From the NCBI GenBank assembly GCA_963726455.1, contig CAVSCK010000004.1:256001-320000 (forward strand): 64,000 bases of DNA. The letters run 5' to 3'. Shown one piece after another: positions 37,197 to 46,098 of this stretch. Position 1 is the stretch's first letter. Each line of letters begins with the position of its first letter. Source of the DNA: an uncultured bacterium. GTDB taxonomy: Bacteria; Zixibacteria; MSB-5A5; CAIYYT01. The translations under genes were made by a program, and so were the position numbers. Below the pieces are notes generated by a model, which was given only the letters and a program-made list of their open reading frames with translations, was not told where the DNA came from and searched no databases.

Positions 37197-38213
37197 ATGA
37201 AACCGAAGTCCATCGCAGTAATCACGGTAATTATTCTAGTGATTTTTCCATTAATGCTTTCCTGCGGCCAGAAACAGCAGGAAAATCAGGCATCCACGGG
37301 CCAGGCGCAGCAGTCGACGACTACCCCGGGCACGACGCAACAGGCCGCTGGCCAACCAGTATCTGAACCAACGAAACCGGCGCCGACGGCACCGGCAGCT
37401 TTTGGCGGTGTCGAGAAGCGGCTAACCGATACGCTGTTGGCAATGTGGCAGGTAAAGGGTCACCTGACCTCAATCGATCAAGCGGCGAAAATGCTCGGGC
37501 TGACGGTCGACGACAGTGTGCGTATCGACATGATGAAGAAGTTTGAAGAAAATCTGGGCATCTCAGAGAAGCTCACACGTTATCGTCCATACACCTTCAT
37601 TCTGACTAACCAGGAGAAATTGATCGCCCAGTACATCCTCAACGAAGAGAAGCAGAACCGGCAATTCCCGGCGGTGGCGAAAGTGTCGTCTGACCTCAAA
37701 GTCGCCGAGACTGAGCTCAAGAGCCGTCTTAAATTCCTCGCTGCAGTCGGCATGCTTTACGACCTTGGTAAGCCGGACGAGAACAACGGACTGGGTTACA
37801 GTTTTGGTTCATCGCTGAGCAATTTCACTTATGACATGGGCCTGCGGTTTCATGTCTTCTATGTGAACGACCAATTGCCGTTCAATGTCGGCTGTGCCAA
37901 AGAAGCGTTTTACCTTCTAGCCACGGAATTTCGCAACGACAAAGTGAAATACGAGACTGTTGATCCATTGACCCTGGCGCCGATCCAAGTGGATTTCGAT
38001 AAGGGACAAATAGCATCCATTACACCTCCGGAAGCGAAATTCATTGAGGGCGGTACTTGTGGAGCGAACGTTCTCTGCACATCCGCGGAGAATGCCGCTG
38101 CCTGGATCAAGACGCAACCGCGCATGATGCAGCAACAGCCGCCGGTATATGATATTCGCGAGCGCTACAGCCAAATTACGGGGGAAGCAGCAGCACAATC
38201 GGGGGGGAAATAG
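37197..38213 (+). CDS. Putative lipoprotein with MerB (organomercurial lyase)-like domain
   Basis: Signal peptide ending MLS-C; Q/T/P/A linker; wHTH-like segment; then HVFYVNDQ..VGCAKEA..TVDPLTLAPIQV..ITPPEA..TCGANVLCTSAENAAAW, which parallels the MerB core. Alternative start 37182. Confidence 0.6.
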   Translation: MKPKSIAVITVIILVIFPLMLSCGQKQQENQASTGQAQQSTTTPGTTQQAAGQPVSEPTKPAPTAPAAFGGVEKRLTDTLLAMWQVKGHLTSIDQAAKMLGLTVDDSVRIDMMKKFEENLGISEKLTRYRPYTFILTNQEKLIAQYILNEEKQNRQFPAVAKVSSDLKVAETELKSRLKFLAAVGMLYDLGKPDENNGLGYSFGSSLSNFTYDMGLRFHVFYVNDQLPFNVGCAKEAFYLLATEFRNDKVKYETVDPLTLAPIQVDFDKGQIASITPPEAKFIEGGTCGANVLCTSAENAAAWIKTQPRMMQQQPPVYDIRERYSQITGEAAAQSGGK

Positions 38214-38295
38214 TCCGACACTCGCCGGTTGAACCCTACATTCTATCCTTGAAGAGTCAATCGTTGAGCAGTTCGCCGTCGCCATTGCGAACAAC

Positions 38296-38601
38296 TTGCT
38301 CGAAATTTACTCAGAGTCAAAGTTTGCCTCAATTCTGCCGGCCTGTCCGTCGATAAAAGGGATAGAAAGGCATATACTTCGGAAGGGAGCAGTCTTGCCT
38401 AGAGATCGTCTTGTAACGAAATGCCAGTATGTCGACGTCTGCTATTTGGCGGAAGCCCTGCAATGCTATGGATATAAGCTTGATTGCGTTCTCTACACAA
38501 AATCCAATGACGGCAAAGTCACTGAAGAGGATTTCCACTCAGCGATCAATCGGCTGATCGACAAAACCAAGGCCAAGCACCTGCACTTTCAGGGGATATG
38601 A
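38296..38601 (+). CDS. Hypothetical protein with Cys cluster (start uncertain; frame open back to 38233)
   Basis: ORF track 101 aa; KCQYVDVCYLAEALQCYGYKLDCVLY; fills the gap before the flgF promoter. Confidence 0.45.
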   Translation: MLEIYSESKFASILPACPSIKGIERHILRKGAVLPRDRLVTKCQYVDVCYLAEALQCYGYKLDCVLYTKSNDGKVTEEDFHSAINRLIDKTKAKHLHFQGI

Positions 38602-38761
38602 TGGTGCCCTAACATCCCCAGCAACACTGAGAAGAATCATTTCAACAGCGTGGAAAGAATTTCTCTCCCGCCTCGGCTAACCGGTTTCCCGCTACTTATC
38701 TTGAAATCATAACAGCGTACTGCCCAAGTACTTATCACCATTTTCGTTTGCGCTCGTCGAT

Positions 38762-38777
38762 TGGCAACCCTCTTGCA
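38762..38777 (+). promoter_or_regulatory. Sigma54 (-24/-12) promoter of flgF operon
   Basis: TGGCAACCCTCTTGCA, correct GG/GC spacing, 25 nt before ATG 38802. Confidence 0.75.
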
Positions 38778-38801
38778 ATATGCCAACGTCGGAAGTGCTA
38801 T

Positions 38802-39530
38802 ATGATTAAAGGCATTCAGAAAATTGCAACGTCAATGGTTCCGCGCATGCGGCTGCAAGAAGTGGTCGCCAACAACCTCGCCAATGCCGAGACCGCGGGC
38901 TACAAGAAGGATTCCATTTTTCTGCGATATGTCAAGGAGCAGCAGGGCCTCAACAGCAAGCTGGCTCCGTCCTGGGAGACGCGAATGATTGACAAACTTT
39001 ATACCGACTATACCGAAGGATCGCTCGACCGCACCGATCAGCAGCTTGATCTGGCGATTCAGGGCGACGGTTTCTTTGTGGTGCAGACACCAAACGGAGA
39101 AGCGTACACGCGCAACGGTTCGTTCAGTATTTCTCCCTCGGGGCAGCTTGTCAACGCCGACAATTATCCGGTCTTGACCGACGGCGGTCCGCTTACAGTT
39201 CAGGGCGGCACACTCTCCGTCTCCGAAACCGGCCAGGTGTCCGTCGATAACCAGTCGCTGGGAACTTTGCGGGTCGTTGACTTCCCCAAGCCATATCAAT
39301 TGACCAAGGTAAACGGCTCAGTATTCACAGCCCCCACGGGCGTCACTCCGACACAGGCAAGTTCGGTAGTGGTCCGACAGGGATTTCTCGAAAAGTCGAA
39401 TGTTGATGTGCTGAAGGAGATGGTCGAGATGATCGAATCCTATCGCATGTTTGAAACCGGCCAGCGGATGATCCAGATCCAGGATGAATCCCTCGGCAAG
39501 GCCGTGAATGAACTGCCCAGAAAGGTCTAA
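38802..39530 (+). CDS. flgF: Flagellar basal-body rod protein FlgF
   Basis: ANNLANAETAGYKKD, DLAIQGDGFF, YTRNGSF, QGFLEKSNVD; precedes flgG. Confidence 0.9.
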   Translation: MIKGIQKIATSMVPRMRLQEVVANNLANAETAGYKKDSIFLRYVKEQQGLNSKLAPSWETRMIDKLYTDYTEGSLDRTDQQLDLAIQGDGFFVVQTPNGEAYTRNGSFSISPSGQLVNADNYPVLTDGGPLTVQGGTLSVSETGQVSVDNQSLGTLRVVDFPKPYQLTKVNGSVFTAPTGVTPTQASSVVVRQGFLEKSNVDVLKEMVEMIESYRMFETGQRMIQIQDESLGKAVNELPRKV

Positions 39531-39546
39531 GGGGAGAGGATAGAAT

Positions 39547-40335
39547 ATGATTAGAGCATTACGAACCGCTGCGTCGGGTATGAGCGCGCAGCAAATGAAC
39601 GTCGACAATATCGCGAACAACCTCGCGAACGTGAATACCACGGGTTTCAAGAAAGCGAAAGTTGAATTTCAGGATATCATGTACCAAACCCTGCGCAAGC
39701 CGGGTGTGTTGTCCTCCACCGGAGCTACCACGCCGACAGCGCTTGACATCGGGTATGGAACCAGACCGGTAGCGACGACTCGACAGTATTCGGTCGGCGA
39801 ACTGCAGCAGACCGGCAACCCGCTCGACATTGCCGTTGACGGCGACGGATTTTTCCAGATTGTCCAGCCGGACGGCACCAACGCCTATACGCGCGACGGC
39901 AGTCTCAAGCTGACCGCTGCAGGGCAATTGGCCACGTCGGATGGATTCCTGCTGACACCTGAGATCTCAATTCCTGAAGATGCAGTTTCGATATCGGTTG
40001 CCTTCGACGGCAAAGTTTCGGTAGTGCAGGCCGGCTCCAACACTCCCAACGAAATTGGGCAAATTGAGCTCGCCCGCTTCATCAATCCGGCTGGGCTGTC
40101 GGCAATCGGCCACAATCTGTATCAGGAAACTCCGGCTTCCGGAACGGTCATTACCGGCGTTCCGGGCGAATCGGGATTAGGTAAACTCAACCAGGGCTAC
40201 TTGGAAATGTCCAACGTGGACGTGGTTTCGGAGATGGTCAATATGATCGTTGCGCAGCGCGCGTACGAGATCAACTCCAAGGCCATTCAAACCGCCGATG
40301 ACATGACCTCGCTGGTCAATAACCTGAAGAGATAA
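39547..40335 (+). CDS. flgG: Flagellar basal-body rod protein FlgG
   Basis: ANNLANVNTTGFKK, EFQDIMYQ, LEMSNVDVVSEMVNMIVAQRAYEINSK. Confidence 0.97.
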   Translation: MIRALRTAASGMSAQQMNVDNIANNLANVNTTGFKKAKVEFQDIMYQTLRKPGVLSSTGATTPTALDIGYGTRPVATTRQYSVGELQQTGNPLDIAVDGDGFFQIVQPDGTNAYTRDGSLKLTAAGQLATSDGFLLTPEISIPEDAVSISVAFDGKVSVVQAGSNTPNEIGQIELARFINPAGLSAIGHNLYQETPASGTVITGVPGESGLGKLNQGYLEMSNVDVVSEMVNMIVAQRAYEINSKAIQTADDMTSLVNNLKR

Positions 40336-40337
40336 TC

Positions 40338-41027
40338 ATGACTAAGACCTTACTCCTCCCATTTATGTTGTTACTCATGCTCCTTCCGGCGGCATCAGCA
40401 GATGCCTCCGGAAGGCTAGCAGTTGACATCGAGCAACAACTGCGGGCAACAATACTGGCAGATGGCAACGAGTACATCATTGCGATCCCCGCATATGTCT
40501 CAACACTTCCATCCGATTACGATTCCATCAGAGTCGAGCCGCTCGGTGATTCCAAGCTGTTCGGAAGTTGCTGGATCAAACTCTATTTCTACCAGAAGGG
40601 CTCGGTCTATCAAACCGCCAATCTGAACCTGCAAATCAACATGTACCAGCAAGTCCTGGTCGCGCGCGAGCCGATCAAAGCAGGGCAGACATTGACTGCA
40701 GGTCAGTTTGATGTCGTTCGTCGCGAGATCACCTCGTTGACCGATCCGGCAGTGACGTCCGCCGGCGAGCTGATCGGGATGTCGGCATCCAGACAACTCC
40801 CCTCAGGGAAGACATTGACCGAATCGTTCCTACGCAAAGAAGAAATTGTCAAGCGGGGCGATCTGGTGACCATCGAATACGGAAACGGGAATATCAAGAT
40901 CACGGCGACCGGCGAAGCCAAAGAACCCGGCAGCCAGGGCGAGATGATCAAAGTCAAGAATATCGCCAGCAACAAAATCATTAGCGCAGTGGTGCAAGAT
41001 GAAAGAACAGTCAAAGTCAGCAAATAG
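40338..41027 (+). CDS. flgA: P-ring formation chaperone FlgA
   Basis: Signal peptide, SAF domain, IVKRGDLVTI..GEAKEPG..IKVKNIASNKII. Confidence 0.92.
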   Translation: MTKTLLLPFMLLLMLLPAASADASGRLAVDIEQQLRATILADGNEYIIAIPAYVSTLPSDYDSIRVEPLGDSKLFGSCWIKLYFYQKGSVYQTANLNLQINMYQQVLVAREPIKAGQTLTAGQFDVVRREITSLTDPAVTSAGELIGMSASRQLPSGKTLTESFLRKEEIVKRGDLVTIEYGNGNIKITATGEAKEPGSQGEMIKVKNIASNKIISAVVQDERTVKVSK

Positions 41028-41616
41028 GATTGCAGACATCGTTGCGATGGTTCTGCTGTTCGTGATGGTGAACGTTTGTTCGACCCATCCGATCTTCGCC
41101 CAGCGCGTAGGATCGGACGGTTCGTTGTTCACCGACATCAAAGCCGCCAGAGTGGGGGACCTGTTGACGGTACTCGTGTACGAGGACGCTCAGGCATCCA
41201 ACGAGTCGGCTATGAAGACCGAGGAGAAGAGCGCTGCCTCCACTGCCAGTAGCGGCGGCGCCGGACCGCTTCATTTCATTCCGCTGTTTTCCGCTGACAA
41301 CACCAACGACAACAAGTATGACGGCAAGGGCCAGAACAGCCGGCGCGGTCTGCTGAAGGGGCGGATGACGGTGGAAGTCATGTCGGAGCGCAGTAACGGC
41401 GACCTGGTCATTCAGGGACAGCGCGTAGTGACGATTAACTCGGAGAATCAGACGATGACGCTGACCGGTATCGTTCGCCGCGCTGATATCAGCCCTGACA
41501 ACACTGTGAATTCTTACAGCATATCTGATGCGCGCATTGTTTACACCGGAAAAGGCCCGGCTTCGGATGGCTCGCGCCCCGGTTTGATTACGCGCGTCCT
41601 AAATTGGATTTTCTAA
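40999..41616 (+). CDS. flgH: Flagellar L-ring protein FlgH
   Basis: SLFTDIKAARVGDLLTV, NGDLVIQG, TGIVRRADI..NTV; start may be ATG 41047. Confidence 0.92.
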   Translation: MKEQSKSANRIADIVAMVLLFVMVNVCSTHPIFAQRVGSDGSLFTDIKAARVGDLLTVLVYEDAQASNESAMKTEEKSAASTASSGGAGPLHFIPLFSADNTNDNKYDGKGQNSRRGLLKGRMTVEVMSERSNGDLVIQGQRVVTINSENQTMTLTGIVRRADISPDNTVNSYSISDARIVYTGKGPASDGSRPGLITRVLNWIF

Positions 41617-41631
41617 GCAGGAAGGTACCCG

Positions 41632-42750
41632 ATGCGCTTGATACGTCTGATAATTCTGGCAATCCTCATCTTTGTGCTGGTGAACATTATCTCTCTGATG
41701 AAAGCGTATGCGGAAGTCCGCATCAAAGACATCGCCCATGTTAACCAGACTGGTGAAACCGATGTCATGGGTTACGGATTGGTGATCGGCCTCAACGGCA
41801 CCGGTGACGGCAAAGGCGCGGAATTCACACTGCAGTCGGTAACCAATATGCTGCAGCGAATGGGTATCACCGTTCCGATCGAAAAAGTCAAAGTCAAAAA
41901 TGTTGCTGCGGTGCTGGTCACACTCAAAGTTCCGGCCAACGCCAAACTCGGTGACAAGTACGATGTGACCGTATCGTCCATAGGCGATGCATCCACACTT
42001 GAAGGCGGCACACTGGTGATGACGCCGCTCAGCGACCGGCAAGGGACGATCTACGGCTATGCCCAGGGTTCCGTGTCTATCGGCGGTTTCAACGTGCAGG
42101 TTGGCAGCAACAAGATCGTCAGCAACTATACGCTGGTAGGCCGCGTGCCCAACGGCGCCACGGTCGAACGCGAACCGACTCAGCCTGAAGTCGCACCCGG
42201 CGTTGTCAAGATGTCATTGTACAGCCCCGACTACACGACGGTACAGCGAATCAAAGAATCGATTAATGATCATTTCCCGGGTTGCGCGAGCACGGTCGAC
42301 GATGCGGGTCTCGCTCTCAAGATTCCGGGAGCATTGACCGCTACGGATGATAGAGTGCAATTCATTTCGCAGATTGAAAATCTCATGGTCAGCCCGGACG
42401 CCAAGGCGCGGGTCGTGATCAACGAAAAGACCGGTACTATTGTAGCCGGTGAACATGTAAGTATTGCCCCGGTAGCGTTGGCGCACGGCAACATTACCAT
42501 CGAAATCAAGTCATACCCGGTCATCAGCCAGCCGGCCCCGTTCTCGCAGGGTGTAACTAAGGAAACTACGGACACATACATCAGTGTCACCGAAGAACCG
42601 GTGCGCGTCGTTTATCTGGATGAACGCACCAACGTCTCGGAAATTGCAGCCGCGCTCAATGCCATCGGAGCAACTCCGCGCGACATCATCGCCATTTTCC
42701 AGGCCATCAAACAAGCTGGAGCACTGCGTGCTGAACTGGTCGTATTATGA
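41632..42750 (+). CDS. flgI: Flagellar P-ring protein FlgI
   Basis: RIKDIA, GYGLVIGLNGTGD, VSSIGDA..GGTL, VVINEKTGTIV, AGALRAEL. Confidence 0.97.
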   Translation: MRLIRLIILAILIFVLVNIISLMKAYAEVRIKDIAHVNQTGETDVMGYGLVIGLNGTGDGKGAEFTLQSVTNMLQRMGITVPIEKVKVKNVAAVLVTLKVPANAKLGDKYDVTVSSIGDASTLEGGTLVMTPLSDRQGTIYGYAQGSVSIGGFNVQVGSNKIVSNYTLVGRVPNGATVEREPTQPEVAPGVVKMSLYSPDYTTVQRIKESINDHFPGCASTVDDAGLALKIPGALTATDDRVQFISQIENLMVSPDAKARVVINEKTGTIVAGEHVSIAPVALAHGNITIEIKSYPVISQPAPFSQGVTKETTDTYISVTEEPVRVVYLDERTNVSEIAAALNAIGATPRDIIAIFQAIKQAGALRAELVVL

Positions 42751-43664
42751 TTTCCGCCAAGGACAATATCGCGTCGATTGCGGTCCAGCCCAAGCAAACC
42801 TCGCTTACAGAGACAGACCAGCGAAAGCTTAAGCTGAAGAAGGCCACGCAGGCCTTTGAGGCAATCTTCATCAGCCAGCTCCTAAAGAGCATGCGTTCAA
42901 CCTCATTCAACCAAGAGGGAGAGAACGGCTTTGGCAAAGACATCATGATGTCAATGGCAGACGAAGGCGTATCGATGCAGTTCGCCAAGAAGGGGATGTT
43001 GGGTATCGGCAAGCTATTGTATGAACGTCTCGCCAAGCGCCTGGATGCTATGCCGCCAGACGATCACCAGCTTAAAATCACAAAGACAAACCGTCAAGTG
43101 CTACAGGATATTCCGGCCGTCCCACCGCCACCAAAATTGCGAATGGCAGAGAAGAAGACACTGACCATGGCCAGCCCCAAAGCGGCTCCGGCTGCTGTGG
43201 CAAATATCCCCAGAGCCCCGGTTACCTCGACAGGCAGTAACTTGGTCGAACCCAAGTCCGAACAAGCTGGCAGACTGCCGGCGTTGGAGAAGTATATATC
43301 ACAGATCCGTTCAGCGGCTGCCGAGGCAAATCTATCCGAAGACCTTATCAAGTCGATAATCATGCGCGAATCGGGCGGCAACTCGCAGGCCGTCTCCCAC
43401 AAGGGAGCAGCCGGCTTGATGCAACTTATGCCTGACACAGCCAAAGCCATGGGCGTAAACGACCCGCTTGACCCCGAAGAGAACATTCGCGGCGGCGCCA
43501 AGTACCTGCGCTCCCTGATAGACCGCTTTGGCGACCTGAAGACGGCACTGACAGCTTACAATGCCGGTCCCGCCAACGTAGAACGACATGGTGGTGCGGC
43601 TCACTTCCCGGAGACCGACAAGTACGTCCAGCAGATACTTTCTGATCTCAGGAAGACCAAATGA
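42747..43664 (+). CDS. flgJ: FlgJ rod-binding domain fused to lytic transglycosylase (SLT) domain
   Basis: KATQAFEAIFISQLLKSMR N-domain; RESGGN, GAAGLMQLMP, AYNAGP and ETDKYV SLT motifs. Confidence 0.88.
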   Translation: MISAKDNIASIAVQPKQTSLTETDQRKLKLKKATQAFEAIFISQLLKSMRSTSFNQEGENGFGKDIMMSMADEGVSMQFAKKGMLGIGKLLYERLAKRLDAMPPDDHQLKITKTNRQVLQDIPAVPPPPKLRMAEKKTLTMASPKAAPAAVANIPRAPVTSTGSNLVEPKSEQAGRLPALEKYISQIRSAAAEANLSEDLIKSIIMRESGGNSQAVSHKGAAGLMQLMPDTAKAMGVNDPLDPEENIRGGAKYLRSLIDRFGDLKTALTAYNAGPANVERHGGAAHFPETDKYVQQILSDLRKTK

Positions 43665-43713
43665 GTGAAGTATTTAGCCATTCGTTCCGAAATAGAAACT
43701 AAGAGAGGTTCTT

Positions 43714-44214
43714 TTGGAACAGAAGACTTTACAGTTAATCAAACTTATCGGAGATGAAGTAGTCATCTTCGAAGCATTTCTTGACCTGTTGAATCGTCAA
43801 CAGGCAGCGTTAGTCGCCAACGACATGGAGCTGTTGGCGCAAGTGACCGATGAACAGGAACGTCTGGCGCTGACAACTTCGCAGGTTGAGAAGCGCCGTG
43901 CCGATCTGGTGCGGCAACTATCGCAGGAACTGAATCGCTCCCAATCCGACATCAATCTCACGGAGCTGGCGAAACTTGTGGCGGGACCGGAGTCGCGCGA
44001 ACTGCAAAGTCTGCAGGAAACGCTGACCGGCCTGCACGAGCAAATTGCCACCATCAAGTCCCGCAATGATTTTCTGATCAAGAAATCGATGGAATACATC
44101 AATAACACGATGACGTATCTGACCGCTTCCGGGGAAAAGGAAGCGACCTACGTTGCCGATAAAACTAAGCGGGCAAACAACGGCCATCTGGCGGTTGTCG
44201 ATCGGAGGATATAG
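43714..44214 (+). CDS. flgN: Flagellar export chaperone FlgN
   Basis: Helical QQAALVANDMELL..N..LI pattern ending VDRRI, directly before flgK; TTG start after GAGG. Confidence 0.85.
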   Translation: MEQKTLQLIKLIGDEVVIFEAFLDLLNRQQAALVANDMELLAQVTDEQERLALTTSQVEKRRADLVRQLSQELNRSQSDINLTELAKLVAGPESRELQSLQETLTGLHEQIATIKSRNDFLIKKSMEYINNTMTYLTASGEKEATYVADKTKRANNGHLAVVDRRI

Positions 44215-44216
44215 GA

Positions 44217-45599
44217 ATGCCGGGGCTTTTCACAGGATTGGAAATCGGAAGGCGCGCGATGTTGGCGCAGCAGATGGCGATGAACACTGCATCGCACAAC
44301 ATTGCCAACTCGACCACGCCGGGTTACACCAGGCAGCGGGCCAGTCTCGTTGCCACTTACCCGTTGGACACGCCGCAGGGTAATGTAGGTACGGGAGTTG
44401 TCGCGGAAAGCATTCGTCAGATTCGCGATTTGTTTTTGACCCAGCAGTACCGCTACGAAAATAGCAGCATGACACGCTGGGACTCGACCAACAAAACCTT
44501 GTCGCAAGTCGAATCGTTCTTCAACGAACCGGGGGACAAGGGCCTCAACCAGCTAATCACCGACTTCTGGAATGCGTGGGAAAACCTGTCAACGAATCCG
44601 ACTGCGCGCAGTACTGTCGTCGAGAAGACGAAAGTGCTGGTGAATGCTTTTAAGCAGCACGGAACACAGCTTATCGACCTGAGAGCCAGCGTCGACACCG
44701 ACATTAAAAACAAGGTTCAGGAGATAAATCAACTTGGCTCGCAGATAGCGTCCATTAACAGGGCGATCGTAGGCGCCGAGTTGGGCGGCGAGCGTGCCAA
44801 TGATCTTCGGGACAAGCGTGATCTATTGATTGACGATCTGTCCAATCTGACGCAGGTGCGAACCATGGAGCGAGCTAACGGCGCGGTCACGGTATTGTTG
44901 GGATCAATGGCGCTGGTTGACGGCGCGGAATCGCTTCAAATCGCTACCAAGACCGAAGGCAGCGGCAACGCCACGGTTACGCGCGCAGTCTGGCAGAACA
45001 CGAATTTTACAATCGAGTTCACCGGCGGCGAACTTTACGCGTTACAGCAGATGCGCGACAAAACGCTGCCCGAATATCAGGAGAATCTCGATTTGCTCGC
45101 CAAAACCGTGGTCGAACAAGTGAACGAAGTCCATCGCGCCGGCATCGGCGCCACCGGCACCACAGGTGTGAATTTCTTCACGCCGTTCAACACGACCGCG
45201 ATTTCGATGTCTTTGAACGTCGAAGTTGAAAACGATCCGAACTTGATCGCGGCTTCGATCTCCGGAGAACCTGGCGATACCAGAAACGCCCAGGCGATCA
45301 GCGAACTGCGGTATGCCCGCAACCTGTCGTCGGATTCGGTAACGATTAACGAATTCTACGCCGGCCTGGTGAGCACGCTGGGAATCAAGACGCAGGAATC
45401 TTCAAATCTCAAGGAAAATTACAATCTGTTGGTCACGCAACTTACCAATGCCAAGCAATCGGTGCAGGGTGTGTCGATTGACGAGGAAATGACCAACATG
45501 ATGAAATATCAGAGAGCGTACGAAGCATCGGCGCGCATAGTCACTTATATCGACTCAGCTTTGGAGACGATTATCAGCGGCATGGGCGCAACTAGATAA
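44217..45599 (+). CDS. flgK: Hook-associated protein FlgK
   Basis: HNIANSTTPGYTRQ, NDLRDKRD, GVSIDEEMTNMMKYQRAYEASAR. Confidence 0.96.
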   Translation: MPGLFTGLEIGRRAMLAQQMAMNTASHNIANSTTPGYTRQRASLVATYPLDTPQGNVGTGVVAESIRQIRDLFLTQQYRYENSSMTRWDSTNKTLSQVESFFNEPGDKGLNQLITDFWNAWENLSTNPTARSTVVEKTKVLVNAFKQHGTQLIDLRASVDTDIKNKVQEINQLGSQIASINRAIVGAELGGERANDLRDKRDLLIDDLSNLTQVRTMERANGAVTVLLGSMALVDGAESLQIATKTEGSGNATVTRAVWQNTNFTIEFTGGELYALQQMRDKTLPEYQENLDLLAKTVVEQVNEVHRAGIGATGTTGVNFFTPFNTTAISMSLNVEVENDPNLIAASISGEPGDTRNAQAISELRYARNLSSDSVTINEFYAGLVSTLGIKTQESSNLKENYNLLVTQLTNAKQSVQGVSIDEEMTNMMKYQRAYEASARIVTYIDSALETIISGMGATR

Positions 45600-45617
45600 A
45601 TAACCACGGAGGGTGGA

Positions 45618-45941
45618 TTGCTGATTCTAACACGGAAGTTAGGAGAGTCAATCACGATAGGTGACAATATCAAGGTCACCGTACTCGGCATCTATGGTCG
45701 TCAAGTTCGGCTGGGAATTGACGCGCCTCTGAAAGTGGTGGTTCACCGCGAAGAGGTCTACGTCCGCATCCAGAACGAGAATCGCAAGGCGGCGCAATCG
45801 GGCAAGAAGGACCTGATGTCGGTCGTGAATATGCTCAAGAATAAGTTCAAGGGTGAGATCAAACCGGGCACGCCAAAAACCGAACTGGAGTACCGGGAAC
45901 ACAAACACAAAAGGAATATCAGGCCGGACGGCAAACCATAG
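45618..45941 (+). CDS. csrA: Carbon storage regulator CsrA with long C-terminal extension
   Basis: [45 protein letters not shown]; TTG start after GGAGG. Confidence 0.95.
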   Translation: MLILTRKLGESITIGDNIKVTVLGIYGRQVRLGIDAPLKVVVHREEVYVRIQNENRKAAQSGKKDLMSVVNMLKNKFKGEIKPGTPKTELEYREHKHKRNIRPDGKP

Positions 45942-45951
45942 GGAGGCGGTA

Positions 45952-46092
45952 ATGAACCAGGGCAAACTGGACCGCAGCGGCAAGGACAGTAATTCGACGC
46001 GCCAGCCAAAGGGCAACGGCGACGGCAAACCGCAGGACGAACTGCGCTTTCCGACCGCCGTCGATCAGGGGTTCGTTTATTACGAAGAGTAG
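45952..46092 (+). CDS. Small hypothetical protein (46 aa)
   Basis: GGGAGG SD; MNQGKLDRSGKDSNSTRQPKGNGDGKPQDELRFPTAVDQGFVYYEE*; fills the csrA-flgL gap exactly. Confidence 0.55.
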   Translation: MNQGKLDRSGKDSNSTRQPKGNGDGKPQDELRFPTAVDQGFVYYEE

Positions 46093-46098
46093 GAAACT

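Noticed and set aside
38199-38260. G7 tract at the end of the MerB-like gene; one fewer G would lead to TGA 38230 in frame with the next ORF (possible selenocysteine read-through or phase variation)
   Set aside because: Needs both an indel and recoding, and I see no convincing SECIS hairpin after the TGA; too speculative
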